A DNA stretch of 64,000 nt from Octopus bimaculoides. Taxonomy: Eukaryota. The notes beneath the pieces were generated by a model. That model ran no database searches, was not told the origin of the DNA, and saw only the letters and a list, made by a program, of their open reading frames with translations. Both the position numbers and the translations under genes were made by a program. Positions within the stretch are counted from its first letter, which is position 1, and the number at the start of each line of letters is the position of its first letter. This document shows, piece by piece, positions 11,875 to 24,889 of the stretch. The stretch spans positions 164,386,353-164,450,352 of the forward strand of contig NC_068981.1 in assembly GCF_001194135.2 (NCBI RefSeq). Direction: 5' to 3'.

Positions 11875-12872
11875 GATATATATAAACACATATATACATA
11901 TACATACACACGCACGCATATATGTATACAAACGTATGTACATAGGCACATACAAACCTACGTTCATAATATATAGTTATAGATTGTGTGGGATGTCTTC
12001 GTAAAGAGAAGCACAGCGCATAAGCAGATGCGTGTGACAACATGACAGACTGATGAATAAAACTCACATTTGATTTTCTTGCCAATATTTGATATTTTAA
12101 TTCCTATGTGGGATTGAGCAAAAAGGTATTTTTGCTGCGTGGTCAATCTTGTTCTGTTTCAAAACATTTTAGCTTTAACCCGTCAAATCTCTTGCGGCAG
12201 TTTCCAGCGTAATCCTCGTTTTACACCTTGTCACAAACAACTATGTCTTTCTATATATATGGAGCCAACGAGGGAGCCAGTACAAGGACGTCAATCCTAC
12301 TAGAAGCAGCATCCGAATTTTCCTCAGACCAGAAGTCTAATCTCTTAAAAAAAAAAAAAAAAAGGGAAGGTTTCTTTGGGTGATGTATTTCCAGAAATAG
12401 AATTATATTTATAATTAATAACTAAATATTTTAATATTTGTTTACACTGTTATTTTAAAAATCAATCGCAGTTTTTTCTGCCGTCTCCTTCCTGACAGGT
12501 TTTTCAATTTATTCTCGATCAGTCTATAAACGTTTCCAGATGACAAAAACAAAAAAAAAACAAAAACAAACAAAAAAAAAACTGATGTGAGCTGGTTATC
12601 TGCGAAGAGGAAGAAAAAAAATCTAATGATTCGAAGAATAGTCTTTCTTCAAGGAAAATATATAGCAGCTGATACCACGGTAAATAAGGACAAATGAAAA
12701 AGGGAGAGCAATGAGGAAGGAGATACGAGAAAAAAAAAAGAAAATATGAGTAATGTCGAACAGGGGCATAGATGTCTTAGGTTCAGTCCCACTGCGTCTC
12801 ACTTTGGGCAAGTGTCATCTTTTATAGCTCTGAGCTGACCAATACCTTCAGAGTGAATTTGGTACTCAGAAC

Positions 12873-12912
<40 letters not shown>

Positions 12913-14404
12913 NNNNNNNNNNNNNNNNNNNNNNNNNNNNNNNNNNNNNNNNNNNNNNNNNNNNNNNNNNNNNNNNNNNNNNNNNNNNNNNNNNNNNNNN
13001 NNNNNNNNNNNNNNNNNNNNNNNNNNNNNNNNNNNNNNNNNNNNNNNNNNNNNNNNNNNNNNNNNNNNNNNNNNNNNNNNNNNNNNNNNNNNNNNNNNNN
13101 NNNNNNNNNNNNNNNNNNNNNNNNNNNNNNNNNNNNNNNNNNNNNNNNNNNNNNNNNNNNNNNNNNNNNNNNNNNNNNNNNNNNNNNNNNNNNNNNNNNN
13201 NNNNNNNNNNNNNNNNNNNNNNNNNNNNNNNNNNNNNNCACACACACACACACACACACACGCACATACATATATATATATGACCTTTCTTTCTTGGTTC
13301 GACTACCATCCATGCAACATCTATATTCCTCCCTCTGCCTGTCAAATATTATGTCCCTTCCACACACATCAGCTTCATTTAATTTGTATTTGTGTAACAT
13401 TTCTCCGTTTTCTTCCGTCCTTGTTTTCGTATACATTCGCTGCTTTCTTCCAAGGAATCTAATGCTCTTAGCTTAGTTGTCCTTGGGGCTGGCCAGATTG
13501 GAGTAACCTCGAGTATAACCTGCCGAAATTGTAAAGAGAATCTGGAACTCGACTGAGGATAGAAAACTCCGAATGACTCGTCCTTGTTTTCTTTGTATCG
13601 TCTGTCTGGATGTTNNNNNNNNNNATATTCGTGTATGTTTGTGTGTATGTGTATGTATGCATGTATATAAGTATATATATATGTATACGTATGCATGTGC
13701 GTTTATGTACGTATGTCTATATGTGTATAAATAGGGAGAGAGAGTGAGAGAGAAGAGAGAAAGACGAACAGACAGTGGGATAGATACACACCTACAGATA
13801 GACTTATGATTCTGTGTATATACAGTAGTTACTGGTTATTTTGCTCACAAGTGTTGAAGGTTTGAATGATTGCTTTAAGGAAGCCATATTTTATAATAAT
13901 AATAAAAAAATAATAAAGATAATAATAATAATAATAATTTAAATGTTAAATATTATATTTAAGAAATACATTCTTATAAGGTACAATAAATAAATAATAT
14001 TTATTAATGAAAAAAGTTTGAACAAGTGATTTATATTATATCAGTATTCATTTATGAATTGATAATCTCAGAGATAAAAACAAAATATTTTTTTCAAACG
14101 CTTACGAAGTATTTATCTTGTGTAAAACACATTCTATTCATTTAAAATATTCATTTCTTTCAACTTGTTTGAATCTATCTCATTAAAAAAGAATTGCCAT
14201 TCTGTTTTGGATGTCATAAAGCATTTTATAGACTTACAGACCTCTTCATTTCTGTCACATGAGGTCATATTTTTCTTTTTTGAAGTAAAATTCTTTACTT
14301 GTTAGGCTGTTAAAATATACTGAATGGCCAAAATTCGATCGAACACACTAAAACCACTATGTCACACAGACATTGTTTCTTCTCTCCATTTTCTCTTCAA
14401 CCCC

Positions 14405-14462
<58 letters not shown>

Positions 14463-14570
14463 TCCTCTTTACACTAATACTCTCTGATGTTTTGCTCTTA
14501 CTAGATGCATACTCCAGTCACATATGATAGCCAAGTCTTTTCATTTCTCTTCTTTTAACGACACTAGTTA

Positions 14571-14745
14571 GTGGAGGCGCGTAGATTAGTGGTTAGGGGT
14601 GTTGAACTCATGAGTTTCGATTCCTGGACCGGGCGATGCGTTGTGTTCTTGAGAAAAACACTTCATTTCACGTTGCTCCAGTCCACTCAGTTGGCAAAAA
14701 TGAGTAGCCCTACGCCAGACCGGCCTCCTGTACCGATGGGGAATA
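14571..14745 (+). mobile_element. SINE family C (tRNA head plus CORE-like block)
   Basis: GGAGGCGCGTAGATTAGTGGTTAGG...TTCGATTCC...TTCTTGAGAAAAACACTTCATTTCACGTTGCTCCAGTCCACTCAG. Confidence 0.75.
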
Positions 14746-15204
14746 TATATATATATGCCATGGATTACCTTTTTAATTCCACCTTAAAGCTCGGGACATT
14801 CACTATACACATCACAGAGCCAAATCCATTAAGCCCCACAACAGCTACTCTCAAGAATCGAGTCATAGTTGTAGCTTCTATGTTGATGTAAAAAAGGCAA
14901 CCAAATTTCTCTCAAATCACACTATTATATCTTAAATAGAGCGGTGTTGGATAATGAAGTTCTAGATGGATTTAAACTGTTGAAGTAGATACAGTCTGAA
15001 TGTCTCTAATCATAGGTCTGATTTATTGACTACATTTTCTCTAGAATTGTTTCTCCTGTAACTGCTTTGTTACTACAAGGGAGAAAATTCATAGGATGAC
15101 TTGATGCACCTACAGTGTGCTAAAGGTTAAGTCTGGCTTGGACGACTTAATAACGACAACGAAGAATTTAACGGCAGCTAACTTATATATTCACCTGTAT
15201 AATC

Positions 15205-15395
15205 CTTTCTACTATAAGCACAAGGCCACGAGTTTGAGGGAGAGATTAAGTCGATTATATCGACCCAAGTGCGTAACTGGTACTTATTTAATCGACCCCG
15301 AAAGGATGAAAGGCAAAATCGACCTCGGCGGAATTTGAACTCAGAACGTAGCGGCAGATATAATATCGCTAAGCATTTCGCCTGGTGTGCTAACG
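15205..15395 (-). mobile_element. SINE family A (A1 tail)
   Basis: tttctactataagcacaaggcc...gaaaggcaaaatcgacctcggcggaatttgaactcagaacg. Confidence 0.85.
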
Positions 15396-15422
15396 ATTTT
15401 ATGTGGAGGGGTTAATCCATAT

Positions 15423-15706
15423 CAGTGGTTCCCAAAGTATGCGGTATTGCCCCCTCTGGAGGTGGTGAAAAGAATCTGGGGGTGGGAGCGCTGAAGAAAA
15501 GTGGGGTCACTAATGGGGGGATGTAAAAACAACAAAATAATGAATTAATTAGGTTACGTTTTATTTGTGAAATACAGTTGCTTTAAATTTGCTGCAGAAA
15601 ATGGTGTATGTTTGTAGTGGTGAGTTTGTGTATGGGGGAGAGGAGGTACAAGGAAAGTTGCCAGGATTCCAAGGGGTGACAGCCCAAGAATGTTTGGGAA
15701 CCACAG
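15423..15706. mobile_element. hAT (Charlie-like) MITE
   Basis: TIR CAGTGGTTCCCAAA / TTTGGGAACCACAG; 8-bp TSD atccatat / atccatac. Confidence 0.85.
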
Positions 15707-15774
15707 ATCCATACCATTGAATTCAGTTCTAGACTAGTACTATATTTTATAGGACCTGGAAGAATGAAATACAT

Positions 15775-16127
15775 TGGCGCAGGTGTAGCTGTGTGGTAAA
15801 AAGTTTGCTTCCCAACCACATGGTTCCGGGTTCAGTCACACTGCGTGGCACCTTGCGCAAGTCTTTTCTACTATAACCTCGGGCCATCCAAAAGCCTTGT
15901 GAGTGGATTTGGTAGACGGAAACTGAAAGCCCATCTGTGTGTTTCTTTGTGTTTTCCATCCACCACACCGCTCGATAACCGCTACTGGTGTGTTCGCATC
16001 TCCGTAACTTATTGGTTCTGCAAATAAGAGCGATAGAATAAGTACTGGTAACGATTCATTCGACTAAAGATTCAAAGTGATTCCCCAACATGGCTGCAGT
16101 TTAATGACTGAAACAGATAAAAGAATA
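15775..16127 (+). mobile_element. SINE family B, full length
   Basis: Head GGCGCAGGTGTAGCTGTGTGGTAAAAAG through tail TGACTGAAAC. Confidence 0.85.
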
Positions 16128-16974
16128 GTTGACCTCGACGGCTTTGAATCCATAACGTAAAAACCTAGAATTAAATATTGAAAGGCATATTTCCAACGTG
16201 TTAAGGATTCCACCAGCTTACCCACCCCGAATTAGTAATAGCAATTGGCGTCGGCAGCAGTGGTAGCGTCTCTATAAGTGAACTGTTGCTTTGAATGGAA
16301 GTGTTCTTTGGGTAATTTCTTTGTCGACCTTAGAAATGCCTTCATTGACCTTTGGTATCTGCCTACACCCACTCCTACCACTGACATCACCACCATCACC
16401 ACCACAACTTCCAACATCGCTACCCCTAATCCACCCCCTCACCGCTACCATCAGAATCATTGACTCTTACAAGAGCAAGAACTACTACCACTGATGCTGC
16501 TGCTGCTGCCTCCGCCGCCACCACCACCACCACTACTACTACTACTTGAATATTAAGCATGCAGGTCAGCATGTCGCTTATGATGGATATTGTATCTAAT
16601 GATAGTCACACATCATTATAAAGCTATTCCCTCTCATTACGAGCCCCGACCAGAAGCATGTACAGTCCAAGTCCACATCAGCATCGTATGAAGATCAATT
16701 GACGTCAACTCCCCACATTACCATTCCATTGCTACCACCTCTTAATTGTTGCGACATTTTCGAAAATTCCAACGCACCAGTCTCGAAGTGGCTGTTCAAC
16801 TGACAAGAAATAACAATCAAATATCTCTAAGAGAACACCAAGTCATCTTAAAACGGGAAGGACATTTAGGTTAATGTAGTTCTCTACGACTAGAGAAAAT
16901 AGATAAAATGGTTGTAGCCGGAATTCCTTTCATCAAACCCCTGCTTTAATCGTGGGGTCGAACAGCAGCAGTAA

Positions 16975-17330
16975 CAACGACGACGACGGTAATAGTGACT
17001 CTGTTCGACCGCGTTATCACAATAATGCCCGACAAGTATGAGTAAAGAGATGTTTGAATCCAACTGAAATATGTCCGTTTGCTTTAAGCGATAAGCGACA
17101 AGAATCACTCCAATCTATTTTGTCTTCATTTTGCACAAGTTTTAAGTACCTAAGTTTGTCAGACTTAGCTCCCTTGCTTGTTTTTCTCTCTCACTTTTCT
17201 TTTTACGGAGTCCGAGCAGCCCCAAAGGAAGCTTTCTTATAACATTTGCATAAATTAGCTTAGTTAAGTGAAAGTTTTTCAGTTCATTATATTAAATGTG
17301 CGTGAAGACGAGTAAACAAGTGGTTAAGGG
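16975..17330 (+). repeat. Copy 1 of an old duplication of about 360 bp (copy 2 at 18230-18590)
   Basis: Collinear similarity, e.g. ttcttataacatttgca and ttagctcccttgctt in both; both end in a SINE-C head. Confidence 0.85.
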
Positions 17331-17369
17331 ATTTTTCAGCATAGTCTCTGAGATTGTCAAGAAGGCTGA

Positions 17370-18170
17370 GGATATTCTAGTATCAATTTGTTAGCCGCTC
17401 ACCAGCTATCTATTTAAAATTTTATATGACAATGGTACGTTCACACTTAAGATTTGCATCATCAGTCTGGTATCTCTATCTTGCTCAGCATATAAATCTT
17501 CTGGAAACTGTTCAGAAACGTGCAACAAAATGAGTACCTGCCGTCGGGCATATTATTTCTTTATTGCCCACAAGGCGCTAAACATAGAGGGGACAAACAA
17601 GGACAGCCAAAGGGATTAAGTCGATTACATCGACCCAGTGCATAACTGGTACTTAATTTATCGACCCCGAAAGGATGAAAGGCAAAGTCGACCTCGGTAT
17701 AAATTGAACTCAGAACGTACAGACAGACGAAATACCGCTAAGCATTTCGCCTGGAGTGCTAACGTTTCTGCCAGATGCCGTCAGGCATCTACCATACTCT
17801 GAACGTCTTGCTTCCCTTGGCATCGACACATTGAAGCTCAGACGTCTGGCAACTGACTTGGTAGACATCCACAAGATTATCTACTATCATTTCAACTACA
17901 ACCGTGGGTACCTTTTTGAATTCCATATGTCAAACACTCGAGGGCATGCTCACAAAAACCAACAAAAACAACACAGTACCCTGACTTTCGGAAACAATTT
18001 TTCACCCTCTGAATTGTTGAAGCATGGAATAAACTACCCATATCAGTCGTTAGCTGTCGAGACACTACATCCTTCAAAACTTCCATGTTTCTTGAAATCC
18101 GCCAACATAACACCTGATGAGGTTTTTTTCTTCTTAGTTTTATGCACCTGAGCACTGTATACAACAATTT
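17370..18170 (+). mobile_element. CR1/L2-group LINE 3' fragment, interrupted by a SINE
   Basis: YLKFYMTMVRSHLRFASSVWY...LLETVQKRATK*VPAV|RHLPYSERLASLGIDTLKLRRLATDLVDIHKII...SNTRGHAHK...AWNKLP. Confidence 0.85.
17552..17775 (-). mobile_element. SINE family A, tail type A2, with 13-bp TSD
   Basis: TSD tgccgtcgggcat (17539-17551) / tgccgtcaggcat (17776-17788). Confidence 0.92.
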
Positions 18171-18229
18171 CTTTCATACATAACTAATCGCGGAGTTGAA
18201 CTGCAGCACTAGCAACAACGTTTTCACTG

Positions 18230-18590
18230 CAACGACGACGAGGACGACAATAGAGACTCTGTTCCATCCCATTATCACGATAATGCCCCACAAGCATGAG
18301 TGAAGAGATGTTCGAATGCGACTGAAATATGTCCAATGGCTTTTGCCCCTTTACTTTAAAAGATAAGCGATGCGAACCATTCCAATCTGACTTGACTTTA
18401 TTTTGCATAAGTTTTAAGAACCCAAATTTATCAGAGCTAGCTCCCTTGCTTTTAACTCTCTCTTTTATTTTTACGGATTCCGAGTAGCTCTAAAGGAGGT
18501 TTTCTTATAACATTTGCACGAATAAGCTTAGTTAAGGGAAAGTTTTTCATTTCATTATGTGTGAAGACGCATGGCCGAGTGGTTAAAGGA
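18230..18590 (+). repeat. Copy 2 of the duplication of about 360 bp
   Basis: See 16975-17330. Confidence 0.85.
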
Positions 18591-18835
18591 TTACACTTAC
18601 GATCGCTAGATCACAGATTCAATTCTCGGACCAATTGGTGCGTTGTGTTCTTGAGCATAACACTCCATTTCATGTTACTCAAGTCCATTCAGCTGTAAAT
18701 GGATAACCCTGAGACAGAATAGCCTTCTGATCAGGGAGAATGTTTGGCCTTCTTGCTTAGCTAGATGGGTGACGTCATTCGAAAGCTAAAACAATGCGAA
18801 GTGCATTGTGACCAACGATGTATAACAAAATCCGA
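18566..18835 (+). mobile_element. SINE family C variant
   Basis: tRNA head, TTCTTGAGCATAACACTCCATTTC block, tail GCTAAAACAATGCGAAGTGCATTGTGACCAAC shared with 52353-52597. Confidence 0.75.
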
Positions 18836-18850
18836 ATAATGTGATAGATA

Positions 18851-19276
18851 CCGTAAATCCTCGAGTATAATCCGCACTTTTTTCCCAAAATTTAAAGGTC
18901 AAAATTTCTAGTGCGCACTATATACGAGGTTAAAAATGAAAAAATATTTTCTAAGCAAAATTTTCTAAGTGATAAATATGTAAAGGCAATTTACTTAATA
19001 TTTATTTTTCACTAACGTTATTACTGTTATTTCTTTATTTTCTGAAAACAAAGTGCACAAAAAAGCTACACGTTTGCATTATGTTATATATACAATAATA
19101 ATAAAGGACGTTACCGTATATACGTTTACAAATCAAGGACGTTATATAGACCTCCTTGACTCAAGTTAGAGAAGGGGTGCGTATTATACACAAGGTTTAG
19201 GCTTTTCAGAAGTACAGCCCCCTAAAAATCCCCTGCGTATTATACTCAAGGGCGGACTATACTCGAGGATTTACGG
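18851..19276. mobile_element. Tc1/mariner-superfamily (pogo/Tc2-like) MITE
   Basis: 25-bp TIR CCGTAAATCCTCGAGTATAATCCGC (24/25 match); TA duplication at 18849-18850 and 19277-19278; subterminal tgcgtattatac repeats. Confidence 0.9.
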
Positions 19277-19559
19277 TATGTAAAGATCCAACTGCATGGT
19301 TTAACTTCTTTTAGAAATGAAGCAAGAGAGGAAAAAATACCACTTAAAATCAGGATGTTTTTCATCAACTTATGCTGCTTTTATATCCTTCTATACGTTG
19401 GACATACAGATTTCACGAAACGAGGATAGACAGAATTGTCTTCACACGACGTACTTCAAATTACTCCACTAAACGCGATACTTCAATAAATGCAAACTCT
19501 CAACGACCACTACGACTTCCTCGTCTCAACCAATATGCTACTCATTATAAGAGTTCGGA

Positions 19560-19787
19560 AGGCGTTGAGCTGGCAGAATCGTTAGCACGCCCGGCTGAAA
19601 TGCTTAGCGGTATTTCGTCTGCTGCTACGTTCTGAGTTCAAATTCCGCCGAGGTCAACTTTGCCTTTCGTCCTTTCGGGGTCGATGAATTAAGTACCAGT
19701 TACGCACTGGGGTCGATGTAATCGAGTTAATCATTTTGTCTGTCTCCTCTATGTTTAGCCCCTTGTGGGCAATAAAAGAAATAATTA
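19560..19787 (+). mobile_element. SINE family A (A2 tail)
   Basis: GAGCTGGCAGAATCGTTAGCACGCCC...CCTCTATGTTTAGCCCCTTGTGGGCAATAAAAG. Confidence 0.9.
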
Positions 19788-19974
19788 TAAGAGTCGGCTA
19801 GTCCATTCTTCTAATCCCACAGGGGTATCAATGACTCTCGCCACAACATTTGCATAAAAGGTTCCCTAACTAAAGATGACACGATATATTAAGGCGCTGC
19901 TTCATATTTCATTATCACTATCGCAGAATTAACTCATTGCTGTTGTTACACTGACCCATATAATCAATGATCAG

Positions 19975-20545
19975 CCTCGAAGAATTTAGTCGAATGAATC
20001 AACCTCAATAATTATTTTTTAAAGCCTGGCACTTATTTTATCGGACCCTTTTGCCGAACCGCTAAGTTACAGGGGCGTAAACACACCAGCACTGGTTATC
20101 AAGCGGTCGTGGGGGNNNNNNNNNNNNNNNNNNNNNNNNNNNNNNNNNNNNNNNNNNNNNNNNNNNNNNNNNNNNNNNNNNNNNNNNNNNNNNNNNNNNN
20201 NNNNNNNNNNNNNNNNNNNNNNNNNNNNNNNNNNNNNNNNNNNNNNNNNNNNNNNNNNNNNNNNNCACACACACACACACACACACACGCACGCACAAAC
20301 ACACACACACACACACAAACACACACGCACAAACACACACGCACACGCATATTTATGTGTATGTGTGTGTGTGTGTGTGAGACGAGCTTCTTTCAGTTTC
20401 CGTGTACCAAATCCACTCACAAAGCTTTGGTCGACCCGAAGCTATAGCAGAAGACACTTGCCCATGGTGCGACGCAATAGGACTGAACCCTGAACCATGT
20501 GGTTGGAAAGCAAACTTTTTACCACACAGCTACACGTGCGCCTAT
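19975..20545 (-). mobile_element. SINE family B spanning a gap
   Basis: Both halves match the family B consensus seen elsewhere in the window. Confidence 0.8.
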
Positions 20546-21841
20546 GTATATATTGAGAGACTGACCAACAGACAAGTAATATATATATATATATACATAT
20601 GTTTATATATAATGTTATGGGACACATTCACATAAGCAGTTTTTAGTTCTATAAAAATGCAAGTTAGACAAATACATAAATGGATTTACACAGGTAGATA
20701 TAAACAGTGAAATATAGATATAAATGTACAGATGATGCAAATATATTAATGCTGATATAGAATGTAAAATTATCGTCATGTCGATGAAACTTAAGGAAAT
20801 AGAAGAAAAGGGAGAAGAAAGAAATACAATTCAATAATCATTTATATTTTCTGCTTTATTTTCATCTTTACTTATCTTTTCGCATTTTTATGTATGTTTT
20901 TATTTCGCTTCTACGTTTGCTTGCTGGCATTTTCTCGGCCGGTGAGAGAATACTGGAGTAGAACTATGCTTCGCTGATGGACTTTTCACGGTTCACTTCC
21001 TAGCCGTCTGGGAGCAGCTAGCGTTAAAATGAAGGCACTCGTTCTAATCAAAGTTAAGCGAAGCTATTTCACGGTATTGCTTAGATTAGATTGATATTTT
21101 CGGTATTGCAGTATTTTAAAAATATATGAATTCAAGCGAGTTGGGGAAAGAAAGCATTACTTGCTCTATATTGAAATGAATAAGCTAAAGAATGTATAGA
21201 TAAACAAATAAATCAGTAAATAAATAAATAAATATATAAAATATATTACAGGATCTATAGAATTCTTAGTCTGATATTGTATCATTGAAATAGTAATTTT
21301 AGCTTTGGCACGAGAAAACAAATTTGGAGGAGGGTGGATATAGACGATTAGATTGATCTCAGCATTTGCAGACTGGCACTCGTATTATTGACCTCTTCCA
21401 CCCCCACTGGAAGGATTGGTTATAGAATTTGTAATGACAGAATATGAACATAGATCGTAAACGGACGTAAATGAATAACGCAAAATATACCGTCAAGCTC
21501 TCTGGCGAATTCTACCTATCTACCGGTGTTTCTTTCGCCTTTCTACTAATTCCATAATTTTTCCACCATTTTCCCACCAGTTCTGCCAAGCTACCGTTAC
21601 TTTGTGCATCGTTCTACCAAGTCTATCAATCCACCGCCATTTTTCCGTTGCTCTAGCAATTTTGCAAACCTTACTGCATGAATAACATATATGATCAAGG
21701 TTACTACATTTTAGTGGGGAAGTGCAGAATCAGTTGGAGTAGTGTGAAATAATTGATGAGATCTACGTTGCACAAGGTCGTACACTATGGTACAGAAATG
21801 GCTCATTCACAATTTTAAATGGGCCACAGTGATATTTGCGT

Positions 21842-21844
<3 letters not shown>

Positions 21845-21920
<76 letters not shown>

Positions 21921-21950
21921 TCTCTCTCTCCCTCTCCCCCTCTCTCTCTC
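21845..21950. repeat. (CT)n microsatellite
   Basis: Seen directly. Confidence 0.95.
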
Positions 21951-22020
21951 CTTACTTGTGTATGCATGTATGCATGTATGAATGTATGAATGTATGCATG
22001 TATGAATGTATGCATGTATT

Positions 22021-22275
22021 CGCCCGACGTGATAACGTTTCTTATTTCTTTATTGCTCTCAAGAGGCTAAACATAGAAGGGACAAACAAGGACAGACAAA
22101 GGGATTAAGTCGATTACATCGACGCCAGTGCGTAACTGGTACTTAGTTTATCGACCCCGAAAGGATGAAAGGCAAAGTCAACATCGGCGGAATTTGAACT
22201 CAGAACATAAAGACAGACGAAATACTGTTAAGCATTTCGCCCGGCGTGGTAACGTTTCTGCCACCTCGCCGCGCT
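22021..22275 (-). mobile_element. SINE family A (A2 tail) followed by a restarted head fragment
   Basis: Full copy at about 22043-22275; on the minus strand the tail AATAAAGAAATA is followed by AGAAACGTTATCACGTCGGGCGAA. Confidence 0.88.
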
Positions 22276-23204
22276 CGTAACGAAAGTAATATTGGCAAGA
22301 CAGAGACAAGGGGGGGGGGAACAATCGGACGAAGGTTAACAATAGGAATATCTAAATCATCGTAAACAAAGAAATATAAAAATAAAATAAAATAAAACAA
22401 AATAACGATCTCTAAACTAACATTTGTGTTTATGGAACAATTCAAAACATAAATTGGACCACTTAAAGTAGAAAATAGAAAGAATGTCTTTTATTTGTTC
22501 TTAGAAAACCTCCCACCTCTGTCTTACTCTTCAATTAGCCATAACCCCTCTTTAGTCCTCGTCTTCTCTCAATTTATTTATTCACAATATGATTATCTGC
22601 AATTAAAATATCCACTCCCATATGCTATCATCCCTTGTTGCTTCTCCTCCTTTTTCTTCCCCCCTTCACCTCTCTCCCTCTCTCTCTCATTTGTGTGTGT
22701 ATGTGCATGTACGTATCTGTATCTGTGTTTATGTACACACACACACAAAACACACACATACACACACATACACACATATATACACACATATATGCAAGTA
22801 CGTACATATGCATATACGCATAAGCAAACAGATTACGTAGGTGGGTATCTATTTTCGCATATTCGATTTGTACATGGGAGTGTGTGTGTGTGCGCGCGCG
22901 CGCGCGAGTGTGTGTGTTTGTGCATGCTCATATGTGAGTGTATATGCATGTATGTTTATTTTTGAATTTACTTCGCAAGATTCTTGAAGTCAGATGACCC
23001 TCGCAAAGTACAATTATCATATATGCATGTATATGTATATGTATGTATGTATGTGTATCTATGTGTACATATATGCGGAAAGAAATATTAGTACTTTACA
23101 CAGACAGACATACACACACACATGCATGCATATATCTGTATGTACGTGAGTGTGAGTGGTTATGTGTTCATGTACGTCAGAACGCATGTTTGTGTATTTG
23201 TGTG

Positions 23205-23270
<66 letters not shown>

Positions 23271-24224
23271 AGAAAAATAATAAAAATATTCATCAGAACG
23301 GCAAGAATTGGAAAAGAATAAAGCAAAGAAGAAAAAATTATATATGAATGAAAGTAAAATCAAAAACTACACAAAAAGAGAAAAGAATTAAAGGGAAAAA
23401 AAATAATAAAAAAAAAAGAAAGGAAGAAAAGGAAGTTAAGAAAGAAGTAAGAAATATTATTAAAGACAAAAATGAATGAATAACAACAACAAGAACAAAA
23501 AAAACAACAACAAAAGAAGAGAAACAATAGATGCAAATAGGGTAAATTTCTCGTCATTCCGATGCAGGCACAATACAAAGTATGTGAGATTGTTTGACAG
23601 CCGTCAGAAGCTATTTACATTTGTACAATTAAGAAAAGATTTTTGAAAAAATAGGAAGAAAGTCTAAAGACTGACATCAAAGTCAGGTGGGGGCAAAAGC
23701 AAAAAAAAAAAAAAAAAAATGGAGAAAAATAAGGGAGAAAGAAAGAAACAGAGAGAAGGGGAGAGGGAAAGAGGGAGGGAGGGAGTGGAAGGAGTATATA
23801 GAAGCATATATAGATATAAAATGAAATTCATAAATGAAAACAATGCAAGAGAAAACAAAAACAAAAACAAAAAAAAAACAATTCTTCGCAGACGTAAATA
23901 ACGATAGAACAGGTAAGGTTAAGATTTGATTTTGGCTTTTTATTAATGTGCTTTTATAGAACACACATGCGCACGCACACAAACTGATATGTATGAACGT
24001 GCACGTGGTGGTCTCTCTCTCTCTCTCTAATATATGTGTGCGTGTGTGTGTGGATCTATATATGTATGTATATTTGTGTGTGTGAGTGTATTTTGCTGTT
24101 ATCATTTAAACAGAGGAACGAATTATATCTCAATTCTGATTTACTTGCCAAAACATTTTGCTCCCATTAATGAGCATTTCGACGTTAGGGTTTTCTTTCC
24201 TTTTGTTTCGTATCTTAATATTGA

Positions 24225-24830
24225 CATATAAGAGTGTACTACATCTCGAATACTGCTGCCCTTTGTGGTCTCCCCATACAAAACAAAACATCTCCAGGAT
24301 TGAATCATCCCAGAGGGCACTTACTAAACGAATTGAAGGTTTGACTGATCTCGATTACTGGGACCGCCTTAAAGCCTTGAAGCTCTACTCTCTCCAGCGC
24401 CGCTGCGAGCGGTACATCATCTGTACGATATGGAGAATATACCGCCAGCATTACCCAAACGACCTGAACATAAGTTTCAAGGTTCATCTAAGGCTCGGCC
24501 ATACGTCCCCTGTCCAATTCAGGGTCACAACATATAGGTACACTGCGGCATAATTTCTTTTCCTCAATAAGCCCTGTCCTGTTTAACATTGTCCCAAAAC
24601 AGATAAAAGAGGAAAAGAATCCTATCAGCTTTAATCTAGACAGATTTCTTCAAGGAATACCAGATAAGCCACCCATACTTGGATACAACTCACTCAACAA
24701 GAATTCACTATTTGAGTGGACCATAAACAAAACTTGGCTTAAAAAGAATTTAGATAATCCTATCAGGTGGTGCTATTAAGTTAGACATGGCCTGGATCAA
24801 TCTTTGGTCGAAACATATCTAAGTTACGGA
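24225..24830 (+). mobile_element. CR1-like LINE 3' fragment
   Basis: HLEYCCPLWSPHTKQNISRIESSQRALTKRIEGLTDLDYWDRLKALKLYSLQRRCERYII, then a frameshifted C-terminus and 3' UTR. Confidence 0.85.
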
Positions 24831-24889
24831 AAGTAATAAATAAGTGGGTATAACTTATTTATAATCTAATATAGGTCGTTCAAACCGCA

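Noticed and set aside
12240-12345. Poly-T acceptor and short frame RLDFWSEENSDAASSRIDVLVLAPSLAPYI* on the minus strand
   Set aside because: No donor and no recognisable homology; poly-T tracts are common here.
16230-16400. Exon-like minus-strand segment with a GTAAG donor
   Set aside because: All frames have stops or low-complexity content; no family recognised.
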